Below are positions 32,848 to 43,017 of a DNA stretch of 54,760 bases, piece after piece. The notes under the pieces were generated by a model, which made no database searches, was not told the origin of the DNA, and saw only the letters and a program-made list of their open reading frames with translations. Position 1 is the first letter of the stretch; every line of letters starts with the position of its first letter. Position numbers and translations under genes: made by a program. The DNA comes from an uncultured Clostridium sp. (GTDB lineage Bacteria; Bacillota; Clostridia; TANB77; CAG-508): assembly GCA_947574235.1 (NCBI GenBank), contig CANPIU010000005.1, positions 1 through 54,760 on the forward strand, given 5' to 3'.

Positions 32848-34584
32848 ATGAAAGAAAAAATATTAAGAACGATTAAAAAATCAGCCATGTTTTTATTATT
32901 GCTAACAATTTCTATCTTAGTAATAACAGCTTGCTTATTTTTTGTAAAAGTTACGGTTACACCTTATCATTTGCCAATTATCTATTTATTAGTGATTGGA
33001 GTTTATTGGTTAGTTTATAAGAAAGAAGATTGGAAAATAAATCTTAGTGGCTTAATCGTAGCAACGATGATTTTTATTACGAGTATAGTAGTTTTTTCCA
33101 ATATATATGACGTTACCAGTGACGGAAATACCTATCATAAATTGGCAATTGGTAGTATGAAAAATGGGTGGAACCCAGTTTATGAAAGTAGTAAAGATTT
33201 TACCATAGAAAAAGGAAATGTATTTGACCCAGCCGAAAAGAATATGAATACTTTGTGGGCAGATCATTATACCAAAGGAACTGAAATTTTTGCAGCAGTG
33301 ATTTATGCCTTTACAGGAAATATTGAGAGTGGAAAAATCTATACCGTTCTTTTCATGTACATTGTATTTGGAATTTTAGTTAGTTACTTAGCAGAGCATA
33401 AAAAAGTGAATATCCTAGCAAGTTTTGCAATTGCCCTATTATTAGTGGTAAACCCAATTACTTTGGTACAAATGGGAAATTATTATATCGATGCTAGTTT
33501 AGGACTTATGTTATATCTAATTTTTTATGGTATGATAGTACAATGTGATGATGCGGTAAAAATCGATAAAAAAGAGACTTTGTTTATTATGGCAAGTGCC
33601 ATTATATGGGGCATTAATATTAAGCTTACAGGAATTGCCTTTATGGCAATATTCTGTGCTGTAGGATATTTTTACTTACTTTATAAAAAGTATAAAGAAG
33701 GCAAAGAAGCTTTTTTGAAAGAATTAAAACTGCAAACGATATTTTATGTAGTAGTAGTAATCCTATCAGTAGTTATTGTAGGATATACCTCTTACTTTAA
33801 AAATATGATATTTAATGGACATCCTTTGTATCCATTGTATGGAGAAGGAGCCGTTGAAAACATAGGAACGAAAGAAGCACCAAAGTCCTTTGCCGAAAAA
33901 AGTAGATTAAGAACCTTTTTAATTTCCATTTTTTCCAAAGGAGAAAATGTGTCAGCTTCTCATTATAAAGGAGACAATCCAGTATTGCCAAAATTAAAAA
34001 TACCATTTACCTTTACCAAAGAAGAAGTAGAAAATTATAGTATACCAGATATTAGGATGAGTGGATTTGGTCCATTATTTGGAGGAATATTTATCTTAAC
34101 AGCAATTGGTACATTATACATTATCATTGATTTAATTAGAAAGAAAAAATATAATGTTTTAATTCCCTATCTATTATTGTTAGGCACAATGGCGTTATTA
34201 ATATTAATTTTTGATGGTAACTATTGGGCAAGATATGTAGCCTTTATCTATGCAACACCAATGTTTGTCTTATATTACTTATTGAAAAATACAGACAATA
34301 AAATTAAGATGATATTAGGAATTGCCTTTACTTTGTTGCTAACTTTGAATACAGCCTTAGTATTAAAAGTGTCAGTTAGCAATATGAAAACAAGTACTGA
34401 TTACGTAAGTACAAGATTAGAGGCATTTAGTAATCATTGCAAAGAAAATGAAAATGTGGAAATAAGGTTAAGTGATATTGTATATCAATCTATATTATAT
34501 AATTTAGACGATTTGAAAATTAAGAATTATACCGTAAATCAAGAAAAAGAAATCGGAAAAGATGTCTATCTTTTTAGTTATTAA
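32848..34584 (+). CDS. Polytopic membrane protein, possible GT-C glycosyltransferase
   Basis: >10 TM segments, DGNTYH and YWARY motifs; adjacent to GtrB-like gene. Confidence 0.5.
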   Translation: MKEKILRTIKKSAMFLLLLTISILVITACLFFVKVTVTPYHLPIIYLLVIGVYWLVYKKEDWKINLSGLIVATMIFITSIVVFSNIYDVTSDGNTYHKLAIGSMKNGWNPVYESSKDFTIEKGNVFDPAEKNMNTLWADHYTKGTEIFAAVIYAFTGNIESGKIYTVLFMYIVFGILVSYLAEHKKVNILASFAIALLLVVNPITLVQMGNYYIDASLGLMLYLIFYGMIVQCDDAVKIDKKETLFIMASAIIWGINIKLTGIAFMAIFCAVGYFYLLYKKYKEGKEAFLKELKLQTIFYVVVVILSVVIVGYTSYFKNMIFNGHPLYPLYGEGAVENIGTKEAPKSFAEKSRLRTFLISIFSKGENVSASHYKGDNPVLPKLKIPFTFTKEEVENYSIPDIRMSGFGPLFGGIFILTAIGTLYIIIDLIRKKKYNVLIPYLLLLGTMALLILIFDGNYWARYVAFIYATPMFVLYYLLKNTDNKIKMILGIAFTLLLTLNTALVLKVSVSNMKTSTDYVSTRLEAFSNHCKENENVEIRLSDIVYQSILYNLDDLKIKNYTVNQEKEIGKDVYLFSY

Positions 34585-34605
34585 TGAAAAGAGGAACTGG
34601 TAAAA

Positions 34606-35556
34606 ATGAAAAAAATTAGTATAATCATCCCAGCTTATAATGAAGAAGAAGCTTTGCCAATATTATACGAAAGAATGAAAAAATTAATGGAAGATATGAC
34701 AAATTATGAATTTGAAATTCTTTTTGTCAACGATGGAAGTAAAGACGAAACGATTGAAATTATTAAAAAATTAAGAGAAGAAGATGAGCGAATATGTTAT
34801 GTGGATTTTTCCCGAAATTTTGGAAAAGAAATAGCCATGATAGCAGGACTAGATTATGCAACAGGAGATTGTGTGATATTTATGGATGCTGATTTGCAAG
34901 ACCCACCAGAATTAGTGCCAGAATTGGTAAAATATTGGGAAGAGGGATATGATGACGTATATGCTAAAAGAAAGTCAAGAAAGGGAGAAACATGGCTTAA
35001 GAAATTCACTTCTAGTATGTATTATAAAGTATTACAACATTTGACTAAAGTAGAAATTCAAAGAGATACAGGAGACTTTAGATTATTAGATAGAAGATGC
35101 GTCAATGCTTTGAAAAAACTAAGAGAGTCTCAAAGAAATACAAAAAGCATGTTTAGTTGGATTGGTTACAAGAAAAAAGAAGTATTATATGATAGAGACC
35201 CAAGAGTAGCTGGAACAACAAAATGGAATTATATGAAATTAGCTGATTTAGCCATTGATGGCATTACTTCTTTTACGACTTCTCCACTAAGACTATCTAC
35301 TTTTATTGCGATTCCAACTTTTATGGTGTTATTTGTCTATTTTGTCTATGTAATTGCCAAGAGTATCTTAATACACGAAGCGATACAGGCTTATCAGGCA
35401 ATTATCCTACTTATCTTATTTTTCTCAGGCATCCAAATTTTATTGTTTGGAATTATAGGAGAGTATCTTGGAAGAATATTTAACGAAACCAAAAATAGAC
35501 CCTTGTATTTAGTCAATGAATATAATGGAGAAAGAGAAATGAACGAAGAAAAATAG
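34606..35556 (+). CDS. Polyprenyl-phosphate glycosyltransferase (GtrB/CsbB-like GT2)
   Basis: SRNFGKE, MDADLQDPPE, TGDFRLLDR, GEYLGRIF..RPLY. Confidence 0.9.
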   Translation: MKKISIIIPAYNEEEALPILYERMKKLMEDMTNYEFEILFVNDGSKDETIEIIKKLREEDERICYVDFSRNFGKEIAMIAGLDYATGDCVIFMDADLQDPPELVPELVKYWEEGYDDVYAKRKSRKGETWLKKFTSSMYYKVLQHLTKVEIQRDTGDFRLLDRRCVNALKKLRESQRNTKSMFSWIGYKKKEVLYDRDPRVAGTTKWNYMKLADLAIDGITSFTTSPLRLSTFIAIPTFMVLFVYFVYVIAKSILIHEAIQAYQAIILLILFFSGIQILLFGIIGEYLGRIFNETKNRPLYLVNEYNGEREMNEEK

Positions 35557-35569
35557 GGAGAAATTAAAA

Positions 35570-36274
35570 ATGAAAACATTAGTAATTATACCAGCTTATA
35601 ATGAAGAAGGAGCAATTGTAGAAACCATTCATAATTTGAAAAAAGAGTGTCCAGAAGCGGATTATGTTATTGTTAATGATTGCTCTAAAGATAGAACTTT
35701 AGAAATATGCAGGAAAAATAACTTTAATGTGCTTAATTTACCAGTTAATTTAGGAATTGGAGGAGCCGTACAAACAGGTTATCGATATGCTTATGAAAAT
35801 GACTATGATGTGGCAATTCAAATGGATGCAGATGGTCAACATGACCCCCAATACATTTCTCAATTAGTAGCTAAAATAGAGGAAGGAAATGATTTTGTAA
35901 TTGGTTCTAGGTTTTTAGAAAAAGAAGGTTTTCAATCAACTTTGATTAGAAGGATGGGAATTAACTTATATGCAGGAATTATTAAGTTATTGACTAAGAA
36001 AAAAATTACAGATACTACTTCAGGATATCGTGCCGCAGGAAAAAAGATTATTGCTTTATTTGCTAGAAATTATCCTGTTGACTATCCAGAGCCAGAAACC
36101 AATGCCTTTATTGCCAAAAATAATTTTAAAATAGTAGAAATACCAATGAAAATGAAACAAAGAGATAGTGGAGTTTCTTCTATTACACCAATTAAGTCGA
36201 TTTATTATGCCGTTAAAGTAGGACTGGCTGTTATGTTATCCTGTATTTTTAAAAATAGGGAGGTAGAAGTATGA
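35570..36274 (+). CDS. DPM1-like polyprenyl-phosphate glycosyltransferase (GT2)
   Basis: IPAYNE, NLGIGGAVQTG, DADGQH, GSRF, DTTSGYR. Confidence 0.88.
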   Translation: MKTLVIIPAYNEEGAIVETIHNLKKECPEADYVIVNDCSKDRTLEICRKNNFNVLNLPVNLGIGGAVQTGYRYAYENDYDVAIQMDADGQHDPQYISQLVAKIEEGNDFVIGSRFLEKEGFQSTLIRRMGINLYAGIIKLLTKKKITDTTSGYRAAGKKIIALFARNYPVDYPEPETNAFIAKNNFKIVEIPMKMKQRDSGVSSITPIKSIYYAVKVGLAVMLSCIFKNREVEV

Positions 36275-36648
36275 ATAGGGTATTACAAGTTATCTTGATA
36301 GGCGTCACTTTATTATTTTGTACTTTTATATTAGTCGTGATACAAAAAAAGAAATTATCCTATAAATATACTTTAATGTGGCTATTTTTTGGATTTACTA
36401 CTTTGCTATGTGCCATGTTTCCAGATATCATAATAGGAATTGCTAAATTAATTCATGTAGCAGAGCCGACCAATGCACTATTTTTAATCTATATATTTCT
36501 AATCATTGTTATTATTTTTTATATTAGTATCGCTTTTTCAAAATTGTTTGAAAGAGTAACAACGTTAGTACAAGAAAATGCAATACTAGCCGCAAGAGTA
36601 GAGAAATTAGAAAAAGATAGGGAGAAGAAAGAAAATGAAGATAGTTAG
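36271..36648 (+). CDS. Small membrane protein, DUF2304-like partner of DPM1-like GT
   Basis: 3 TM helices plus C-terminal LVQENAIL coiled segment, coupled to upstream GT2. Confidence 0.65.
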   Translation: MNRVLQVILIGVTLLFCTFILVVIQKKKLSYKYTLMWLFFGFTTLLCAMFPDIIIGIAKLIHVAEPTNALFLIYIFLIIVIIFYISIAFSKLFERVTTLVQENAILAARVEKLEKDREKKENEDS

Positions 36649-36985
36649 TATTATTATTTATTTGATTTTATCAGTAGGGGGCTTAGTATTAGTGAAGTCA
36701 GGTTCTAGTAATGTGACCATAGCCATCCAAAATGGAACATTTAATTTTGCTATGGGACTAAAAGCAATGCTTGGCTTTATTGCTTATATAGGAAGTTTTC
36801 TAATTTATACTTTTTATATCATTAAAAATTTTGATTTGAGTTATATCTTTCCTATTGTTACAGGAATTACACAAGTTTTGGTAATTTTAGCAGGTGTGTT
36901 TATTTTCAAAGAACATATCAATGCTTATGCAATAGGTGGAATTGTATTGATTATTGTAGGAATTGTATTATTAAATGTAAAATAG
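36635..36985 (+). CDS. Small 4-TM EamA/SMR-like protein (putative flippase)
   Basis: 116 aa hydrophobic, DLSYIFP, IFKEHI. Confidence 0.65.
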   Translation: MKIVSIIIYLILSVGGLVLVKSGSSNVTIAIQNGTFNFAMGLKAMLGFIAYIGSFLIYTFYIIKNFDLSYIFPIVTGITQVLVILAGVFIFKEHINAYAIGGIVLIIVGIVLLNVK

Positions 36986-36995
36986 GGGGATAACG

Positions 36996-38978
36996 ATGAA
37001 AATGAATCTAAAAAAAGATTGGAAATTTTTTAGTATTATTACCATAGTGATTATTCTAATTATGTTATTAGCTACTTATACAGCTGAAATTAAGAATAAA
37101 TTTAATACCAAAAGTGAAAAGCAAGAAGCAACAGGAGTAGTAGAAAAGGTAGAAGTAGGAACAGAAATTACACAAAATTTTCAAGCACTTGATAATAATC
37201 TAGAGAAAATTGTACTTGATTTTGAACCCTATAAAGATGATATGAATTGTGGTGGAAAAGTATTAGTAGGGATAGAGGATAGTGAAGGAAAAGTTATCCA
37301 AGAAAAAGAAATTACACGTAATTATGTAAGAGAAAAGACGGAATATACTTTAAAATTTCAAAAACAAAAAGATTCTAAAGGCAAGCAATATACGATTTAC
37401 GTTAAATTTAAGGATTTAGAAAAAGCAGAAAGATTTTATACCTTGAAGATGACAAATAACAATCAGTTTGAGGGAAATAAGCTATCCATAAATGGAGAAG
37501 AACAACGAAATAGTTCTTTGATTTTTCAAGAATTTAACAGGAGTCCTATAAGAGTAACAATTTTTATAGCAGTATTAGGGATTATGATACTTGGTGTTTA
37601 TGTTATATCATTTATCATTTATAAAAAGAAAGATTTGAGAGTAGAAAACATATTTTTAATGATAGCACCTTTTGTTTGTCTATTTTTCATCATGACTATG
37701 CCAACTTTTAAAAATCACGATGAATATTATCATTGGGTAAAAGCCTATGAAGTATCAATAGGAAAATTAATGACACCAGTTAAAGATGGTGTGCAGGGGT
37801 CTAGTATGCCAAATTCGGTAAATAATGTCTGCCCAAAAGATTGGACTAAAATGACATATCGAGAGGTAGCAGAAAAGCTAAAAAATCCAACTCCATTAGA
37901 AAAAGAAAATCAGGGAATAGTAGATACGCAAACAGCAGCAGTTTATTTTGGTATTCCTTATATACCGCAAGCAGTAGGAATTGCTATGGCTAGAATTTTT
38001 ACCGATAATACTTACTTAATTACTTATGTCGGAAGATTAACCAATATGATAGTTGCTATGGTCTTATTATATTTTGCGATAAAAATAATGCCTTTTGGTA
38101 AAAAGTTATTATTAGTACCAACTATGATACCAATTGTCATAGAAGGATTTTCTTCCTTATCTCCGGATGCGATGACAGTGGCAATGTCTTTTCTATATAT
38201 TGCTTATATTTTACAGTTGGCATTTGGAAAAAAAGAAAAGATAGGAATAAAAGAAAAAATCACTTTACTGGTAATGTCTGTCGTTGTTGCCTTGTGTAAA
38301 ATTGTCTACTTACCATTAGTAGGATTAATATTAATCCTACCAAAGGAAAAATTTAAAAATAAAAAGAATAAGAGCAAAATAATTGATTTTTGTATGATTG
38401 CAGGAATAGCTGTTATCGTCAATCTTATTTGGTTAAAAATAGCAAGTGGTTATTTATCCAATTTTAGAGAAGGAGATTCAAAAATACAGGTATTATTAGC
38501 ACTTCAAAATCCAATCCAATATATACAAACCGTGCTATATACGATAAATCTAAATGGAAGCGAATACTTAATGACGCTGTTTGGTGCTAAATTAGATTGG
38601 GGTCAGTTTGTTCAGTTGTATTCTATTGTTCCATATTCTTTATTAGCCATTTACTTGTTTGCAACAGTAACAGATGAAGAAATAAAAAATAGATTTAAAA
38701 CGTATCAATTAGTATGGATTACTCTAGTCGTGCTAGCTATCATAGCGTTAGTGTTTACAAGCTTATATGTACAATGGAGTACCATAGGAAATGAAAGTAT
38801 AGCAGGTGTTCAAGGAAGATACTTTTTACCAATTTTACCACTTATCATGCTTTTGTTAGGAAGTACTTTAAAAATAAAATCTTCTTATAAAAAGGAGAGC
38901 ATCAATAAATTTGTGGCAATTTCCATCTTAGTTTTACAAATTTATACCATATCACAAATTATCATAGTACATTTATAA
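36996..38978 (+). CDS. Membrane protein, DUF2142-like / GT-C candidate with extracellular N-terminal domain
   Basis: HDEYYH, YIPQAVG, SLSPD, K.VY, GVQGRYFLP motifs. Confidence 0.65.
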   Translation: MKMNLKKDWKFFSIITIVIILIMLLATYTAEIKNKFNTKSEKQEATGVVEKVEVGTEITQNFQALDNNLEKIVLDFEPYKDDMNCGGKVLVGIEDSEGKVIQEKEITRNYVREKTEYTLKFQKQKDSKGKQYTIYVKFKDLEKAERFYTLKMTNNNQFEGNKLSINGEEQRNSSLIFQEFNRSPIRVTIFIAVLGIMILGVYVISFIIYKKKDLRVENIFLMIAPFVCLFFIMTMPTFKNHDEYYHWVKAYEVSIGKLMTPVKDGVQGSSMPNSVNNVCPKDWTKMTYREVAEKLKNPTPLEKENQGIVDTQTAAVYFGIPYIPQAVGIAMARIFTDNTYLITYVGRLTNMIVAMVLLYFAIKIMPFGKKLLLVPTMIPIVIEGFSSLSPDAMTVAMSFLYIAYILQLAFGKKEKIGIKEKITLLVMSVVVALCKIVYLPLVGLILILPKEKFKNKKNKSKIIDFCMIAGIAVIVNLIWLKIASGYLSNFREGDSKIQVLLALQNPIQYIQTVLYTINLNGSEYLMTLFGAKLDWGQFVQLYSIVPYSLLAIYLFATVTDEEIKNRFKTYQLVWITLVVLAIIALVFTSLYVQWSTIGNESIAGVQGRYFLPILPLIMLLLGSTLKIKSSYKKESINKFVAISILVLQIYTISQIIIVHL

Positions 38979-38994
38979 AAAAGGAGAAGACGAA

Positions 38995-39936
38995 ATGAAA
39001 AAAATATCGCTAGTAATTCCTATGTATTACGAAGAAACAGTAGCACAAACATGTTATGAAAGTGTGGTGAAGAATTTAAAAAAATTACAAGGATACGAAT
39101 ATGAAATTATATTTGTCAATGACGGGAGTAAAGATAAGACACAAGAAGAATTAGAAAGAATAGCCAAACAAGATAAACAAGTAAAAGTAATATCCTTTTC
39201 GCGAAACTTTGGTCATCAATGTGCGGTAACAGCAGGACTTAACTATGTAACAGGAGATGCAGTAGTAATTATGGATGCAGACTTGCAAGACCCACCAGAA
39301 TTAATACCAGAAATGTTAAAATTGTGGGAAGCAGGAAATGAAGTCATTTATGGAAAAAGAAAAGCAAGAAAAGGAGAGGATAAATTCAAATTATTAACAG
39401 CAAAATTATTTTATCATACTTTAAATGTTTTATCTGATGTAGAAATTCCAAAAGACACAGGAGACTTTAGGTTAGTTGATAGAAAAGTAGTGGAGGTGAT
39501 AAATGCATTACCAGAACATAACAAATTTTTAAGAGGTTTGTTTAGTTGGGTAGGATTTGAACAAAAGGAATTGGAATACGAAAGAAAAGAAAGAGTAGCA
39601 GGAAAAACAAAATATCCATTGAAAAAGATGCTGAAACTAGGATTAGATGGCATTATTAGTTTTTCGACTAAGCCACTCAAAATAGTAGGTGGTTTAGGAA
39701 TATTGTCGATTATGCTATCGATTATCATATTATTTTATGCCATTTTATCGTTCGCTTTTAAATGGAACAATCTAACAGCAGGGTGGACTTCGCTAATGGT
39801 TACCGTAACTTTTTTTAGTGGAACGATTTTAGTATCTTTATGGATGATAGGAGAATATATAGCAAGAATTTATGACGAAACGAAAGGAAGACCACAATAT
39901 ATTATTAAACAAAAAATAAATATCGAAGAAAAATAG
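38995..39936 (+). CDS. Polyprenyl-phosphate glycosyltransferase (GtrB/CsbB-like GT2)
   Basis: SRNFGHQ, MDADLQDPPE, TGDFRLVDR, GEYIARIY..KGRPQY. Confidence 0.9.
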   Translation: MKKISLVIPMYYEETVAQTCYESVVKNLKKLQGYEYEIIFVNDGSKDKTQEELERIAKQDKQVKVISFSRNFGHQCAVTAGLNYVTGDAVVIMDADLQDPPELIPEMLKLWEAGNEVIYGKRKARKGEDKFKLLTAKLFYHTLNVLSDVEIPKDTGDFRLVDRKVVEVINALPEHNKFLRGLFSWVGFEQKELEYERKERVAGKTKYPLKKMLKLGLDGIISFSTKPLKIVGGLGILSIMLSIIILFYAILSFAFKWNNLTAGWTSLMVTVTFFSGTILVSLWMIGEYIARIYDETKGRPQYIIKQKINIEEK

Positions 39937-39949
39937 GGAGGAATTAAAA

Positions 39950-40888
39950 ATGAAAAATATTAAAATATTTGCTTGTCCAACAGCAGAAGAATTTACAAAG
40001 GAGATATGTGATTGTTTAGGAATTGAAATGGGGAAAATTAAACACCAAAAATTTTCTAATGATAACAACTTTGTACAAATATTAGAAACCGTAAGACAAA
40101 AAGACGTATATGTCGTACAAACTTGTGAACCACCAGTAAACGAAAGAATTATGGAACTATTAATCACAATTGATGCCGTAAAAAGAGCATCAGCGAAAAA
40201 CATTAATGTGGTAATACCTTATTATCCATATTCTAGGTCAGATAAAAAAGACCAACCACGTATACCAATTACGGCTAAACTAATGGCCCAATTGCTAGAA
40301 GCAGCTGGTGCAACAAGAGTGATTACTTGTGACTTGCATAATCCAGCGATACAAGCATATTTTAATATAAACTGTGATAGATTAACAGCAGAATACTTGC
40401 TAGAAGATTACTTCAAAGAGAAGAACTTAGAAGACATGGTAATTGTAGCAACCGATGCCGGAAGTTCTAAAAAAGCTTATAAATATTCCGAATTTTTCGG
40501 ATGCCCAATTGCTTTAGTAGACAAAAGAAGAGATGCTAATGACGATAGAGCCATTGCTGGAACTATCATCGGAGACGTTAAAGACAAAAATGCCATTATT
40601 TTTGATGACGAAATTGCAACCGCAGGTTCTATGATGGAAACCGTAAAAGTGTTACAAAAGTTTGGTGCTAAAAATATTTATGCAGGTGGTACACATGGGA
40701 TTTTATCTGGTCCAGCAATTGAAAGAATTAAGAATTCAGGCATCAAAGAAATGGTAGTAACCAACACGGTTCCCGTACCAGAAGAAAAAAGAATTGACAA
40801 TATAACGGTATTATCCATTGCACCATTATTTGCAGAAGCTATTCAGCGTATTAATGAAGAAAGACCTTTGGGAGAATTATATGAATAA
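39950..40888 (+). CDS. prs: Ribose-phosphate pyrophosphokinase
   Basis: PYYPYSRSDKK, DLHNPAIQ, FDDEIATAGS, THG. Confidence 0.93.
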   Translation: MKNIKIFACPTAEEFTKEICDCLGIEMGKIKHQKFSNDNNFVQILETVRQKDVYVVQTCEPPVNERIMELLITIDAVKRASAKNINVVIPYYPYSRSDKKDQPRIPITAKLMAQLLEAAGATRVITCDLHNPAIQAYFNINCDRLTAEYLLEDYFKEKNLEDMVIVATDAGSSKKAYKYSEFFGCPIALVDKRRDANDDRAIAGTIIGDVKDKNAIIFDDEIATAGSMMETVKVLQKFGAKNIYAGGTHGILSGPAIERIKNSGIKEMVVTNTVPVPEEKRIDNITVLSIAPLFAEAIQRINEERPLGELYE

Positions 40889-41321
40889 GATTTTAAAAGA
40901 AATAAAAGAATTATATCTGAAATATAAAGAAGTCATTAACTATTTAGTATTTGGAGGATTGGCTACGGTTGTTAATTTTGCATCTTACTTTGTCTTTGCT
41001 AGACTAATGGGCTTAGATGAAATTATCAGTAGTGGTCTATCCTGGTTCTGTTCTGTTTTATTTGCGTATATTACCAATAAATTATTTGTATTTGAAAGTA
41101 AAACAGATACAGCCAAAGCCTTTTTTACAGAAATGATTTCATTTTTCCTAGCACGTGTTGCATCAGGTGCTTTATGTGATGTTGGAACTTTTGCTCTTAT
41201 GGTAAAAGTCTTCCATATTAATGATATTTTTGCTAAAATTGTGACACAAGTGATGGTAATTATTGTTAATTATTTTTTTAGTAAATTGATTGTGTTTAGG
41301 AAGAAAAAAGAGGTACAATAG
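40881..41321 (+). CDS. GtrA-family flippase-like protein
   Basis: YLVFGGLATVVN, FAYITNKLFVF, NYFFSKLIVF; GGAG SD before ATG 40881. Confidence 0.85.
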   Translation: MNKILKEIKELYLKYKEVINYLVFGGLATVVNFASYFVFARLMGLDEIISSGLSWFCSVLFAYITNKLFVFESKTDTAKAFFTEMISFFLARVASGALCDVGTFALMVKVFHINDIFAKIVTQVMVIIVNYFFSKLIVFRKKKEVQ

Positions 41322-41363
41322 AATAAGGTACAAATAGAAAAATGAAAAGGAAGTTGAATTGTT

Positions 41364-42311
41364 ATGTATTTAAATAAAGAGGCGTTTAGAAGATATTTTT
41401 TTTATGGAGACCAAAGTCCAGAAAAAACATTAGAAGGGATTATGTTTTTTGCTTATCAGAATAGGCAAGATAAACCAAAAGGTACACAAGAGGAAGTAAT
41501 TAAGCAATTTATACAAGAAATCAAACCATTATACAGACAATATTATCGATTTATAGAACTAAATAATAAACCGAATATATACAATTATAAAAGAGAAGAA
41601 AAGGAAGAAGAATTAGAAGCAAGGATTTATCAAAAAATAGAACAATTAAGAAACGAAGATGAAATAGAAACAGGAGAAATTCAAGAAAGACTTAATTGGC
41701 GATATAGCATATTAGAAAATACTAATACAAACTGGCCATTGTTGTTTAACAATGCAAAAGAAAAATTTAGAAATGATTGGGATGACAAGCAAAAAGAAAG
41801 ATGGATAAATAATAGGAAACAAGAATGGCAAGCAGAAACTTTAAATTACGAAGGAAATTTAAGAGAAAGAGCAACCAAAAAACTAATTCTAGGGGAAAAT
41901 GAATTGAAATATTCAGTGCTACAAAGAATGAAATATGCACACTTTCCAGAAGGAAGCATGACGCAAGAAGAACATAATTATAGACAAGAATATGTGGAAT
42001 ATAATAGAAAAGAGTGGGGGAAAGACACAAGTAGAGAAATTCATGTTAATTCTGATACAGAAAATAAGTATATACCAAATGTTCTAAGGCATTGGACAGA
42101 AGATATCTATGATATTTTAAAAATATTAACAGAAATTGAAGAAAATGACCCAAGAGCCTATACAGATTTATGGCTTAGAACAAGACAAAATAGAGCCAAA
42201 AATGGAACGATAAATGGAATCGATGAGGAAGAAATAGCTAGAATAAATCATGCTTGCGAGAAAATAAGAAAAATAAGGTTAGAAGAAGAAAAGCAAGAAG
42301 AAATTAAATAG
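41364..42311 (+). CDS. Hypothetical protein
   Basis: 315 aa open frame, charged, no recognised motif. Confidence 0.6.
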   Translation: MYLNKEAFRRYFFYGDQSPEKTLEGIMFFAYQNRQDKPKGTQEEVIKQFIQEIKPLYRQYYRFIELNNKPNIYNYKREEKEEELEARIYQKIEQLRNEDEIETGEIQERLNWRYSILENTNTNWPLLFNNAKEKFRNDWDDKQKERWINNRKQEWQAETLNYEGNLRERATKKLILGENELKYSVLQRMKYAHFPEGSMTQEEHNYRQEYVEYNRKEWGKDTSREIHVNSDTENKYIPNVLRHWTEDIYDILKILTEIEENDPRAYTDLWLRTRQNRAKNGTINGIDEEEIARINHACEKIRKIRLEEEKQEEIK

Positions 42312-42369
42312 AATAATCAGAATATTTACTATAAGCATTTGATTTTATAATAAAATTTTACATATAGGG

Positions 42370-42398
42370 TTGACAAAGCTTTCTTGCTAGGATATAAT
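42370..42398 (+). promoter_or_regulatory. Consensus sigma-A promoter
   Basis: Perfect TTGACA-17 nt-TATAAT. Confidence 0.8.
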
Positions 42399-42419
42399 CT
42401 CTTTAGTGGAGGTGAGAGG

Positions 42420-42911
42420 ATGGAACAATTATTAACAAGTATACTAGAAGAGGTTAAGGGCGTAAAAAGTGAAGTGCAACAGGTAAAAACAGATTTACGT
42501 GGAGAAATGCAAGACATGAAAAAAGGGTTACAAGAAGAGATGCAGGACATGAAAAAAGGATTACAAGAAGAAATGCAAGACATGAAAAAAGGATTACAAG
42601 AAGAGATGCAGGACATGAAGAAAGGGCTACAAGAAGAAATGCAAGACATGAAAAAAGAACTACGTGAAGAGCTACTTAGTGAAATGGATGTACGATTTGC
42701 AAAACAAAGTAAAGAAATAGCACAAGAACTGCAACAAATCTTAATTCAGCAACAAAGAAGAGATAGCAAATTTGAGGAAAGACTAATCAAATTAGAGGAG
42801 GAGCGAAAAGAAATATTGCTAGACATAAGAAAAATACAAACAGAAGTCAAAGGACACGAATACAGAATTAGCAAATTAGAAGATGAGCAAAAATTAGAAA
42901 AAGTAGGTTGA
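42420..42911 (+). CDS. Coiled-coil protein with 11-residue repeats
   Basis: GGAGG SD before ATG 42420; (EMQDMKKGLQE) repeats. Confidence 0.75.
   Translation: MEQLLTSILEEVKGVKSEVQQVKTDLRGEMQDMKKGLQEEMQDMKKGLQEEMQDMKKGLQEEMQDMKKGLQEEMQDMKKELREELLSEMDVRFAKQSKEIAQELQQILIQQQRRDSKFEERLIKLEEERKEILLDIRKIQTEVKGHEYRISKLEDEQKLEKVG
42504..42668 (+). repeat. 33-bp coding tandem repeat, four full units plus a diverged fifth
   Basis: GARATGCARGACATGAARAAAGGNYTACAAGAA units differing at synonymous positions. Confidence 0.9.
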
Positions 42912-42933
42912 TATATAGTTATATCAACTTTTT
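42907..42933 (+). terminator. Intrinsic terminator
   Basis: GTTGATATA-TAGT-TATATCAAC then TTTTT. Confidence 0.75.
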
Positions 42934-43017
42934 CTTAATTTAAGTTCTATACAAAAATTAAAAAATGTGGTAAAATAGAAACCATAGAAAAAAGAGATCG
43001 AAAAGGAGAAAAGCAAA

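Noticed and set aside
42329-42649. Minus-strand Cys-rich repeat ORF (MSCISSCNPFF)n
   Set aside because: Antisense shadow of the 33-bp repeat; promoter, SD and terminator support the + strand gene
42504-42668. CRISPR array
   Set aside because: Repeats are contiguous with no spacers, 33 bp, vary at synonymous sites, and no cas genes are present
42934-43017. T-box leader before trpS
   Set aside because: Interval too short and no T-box motif seen
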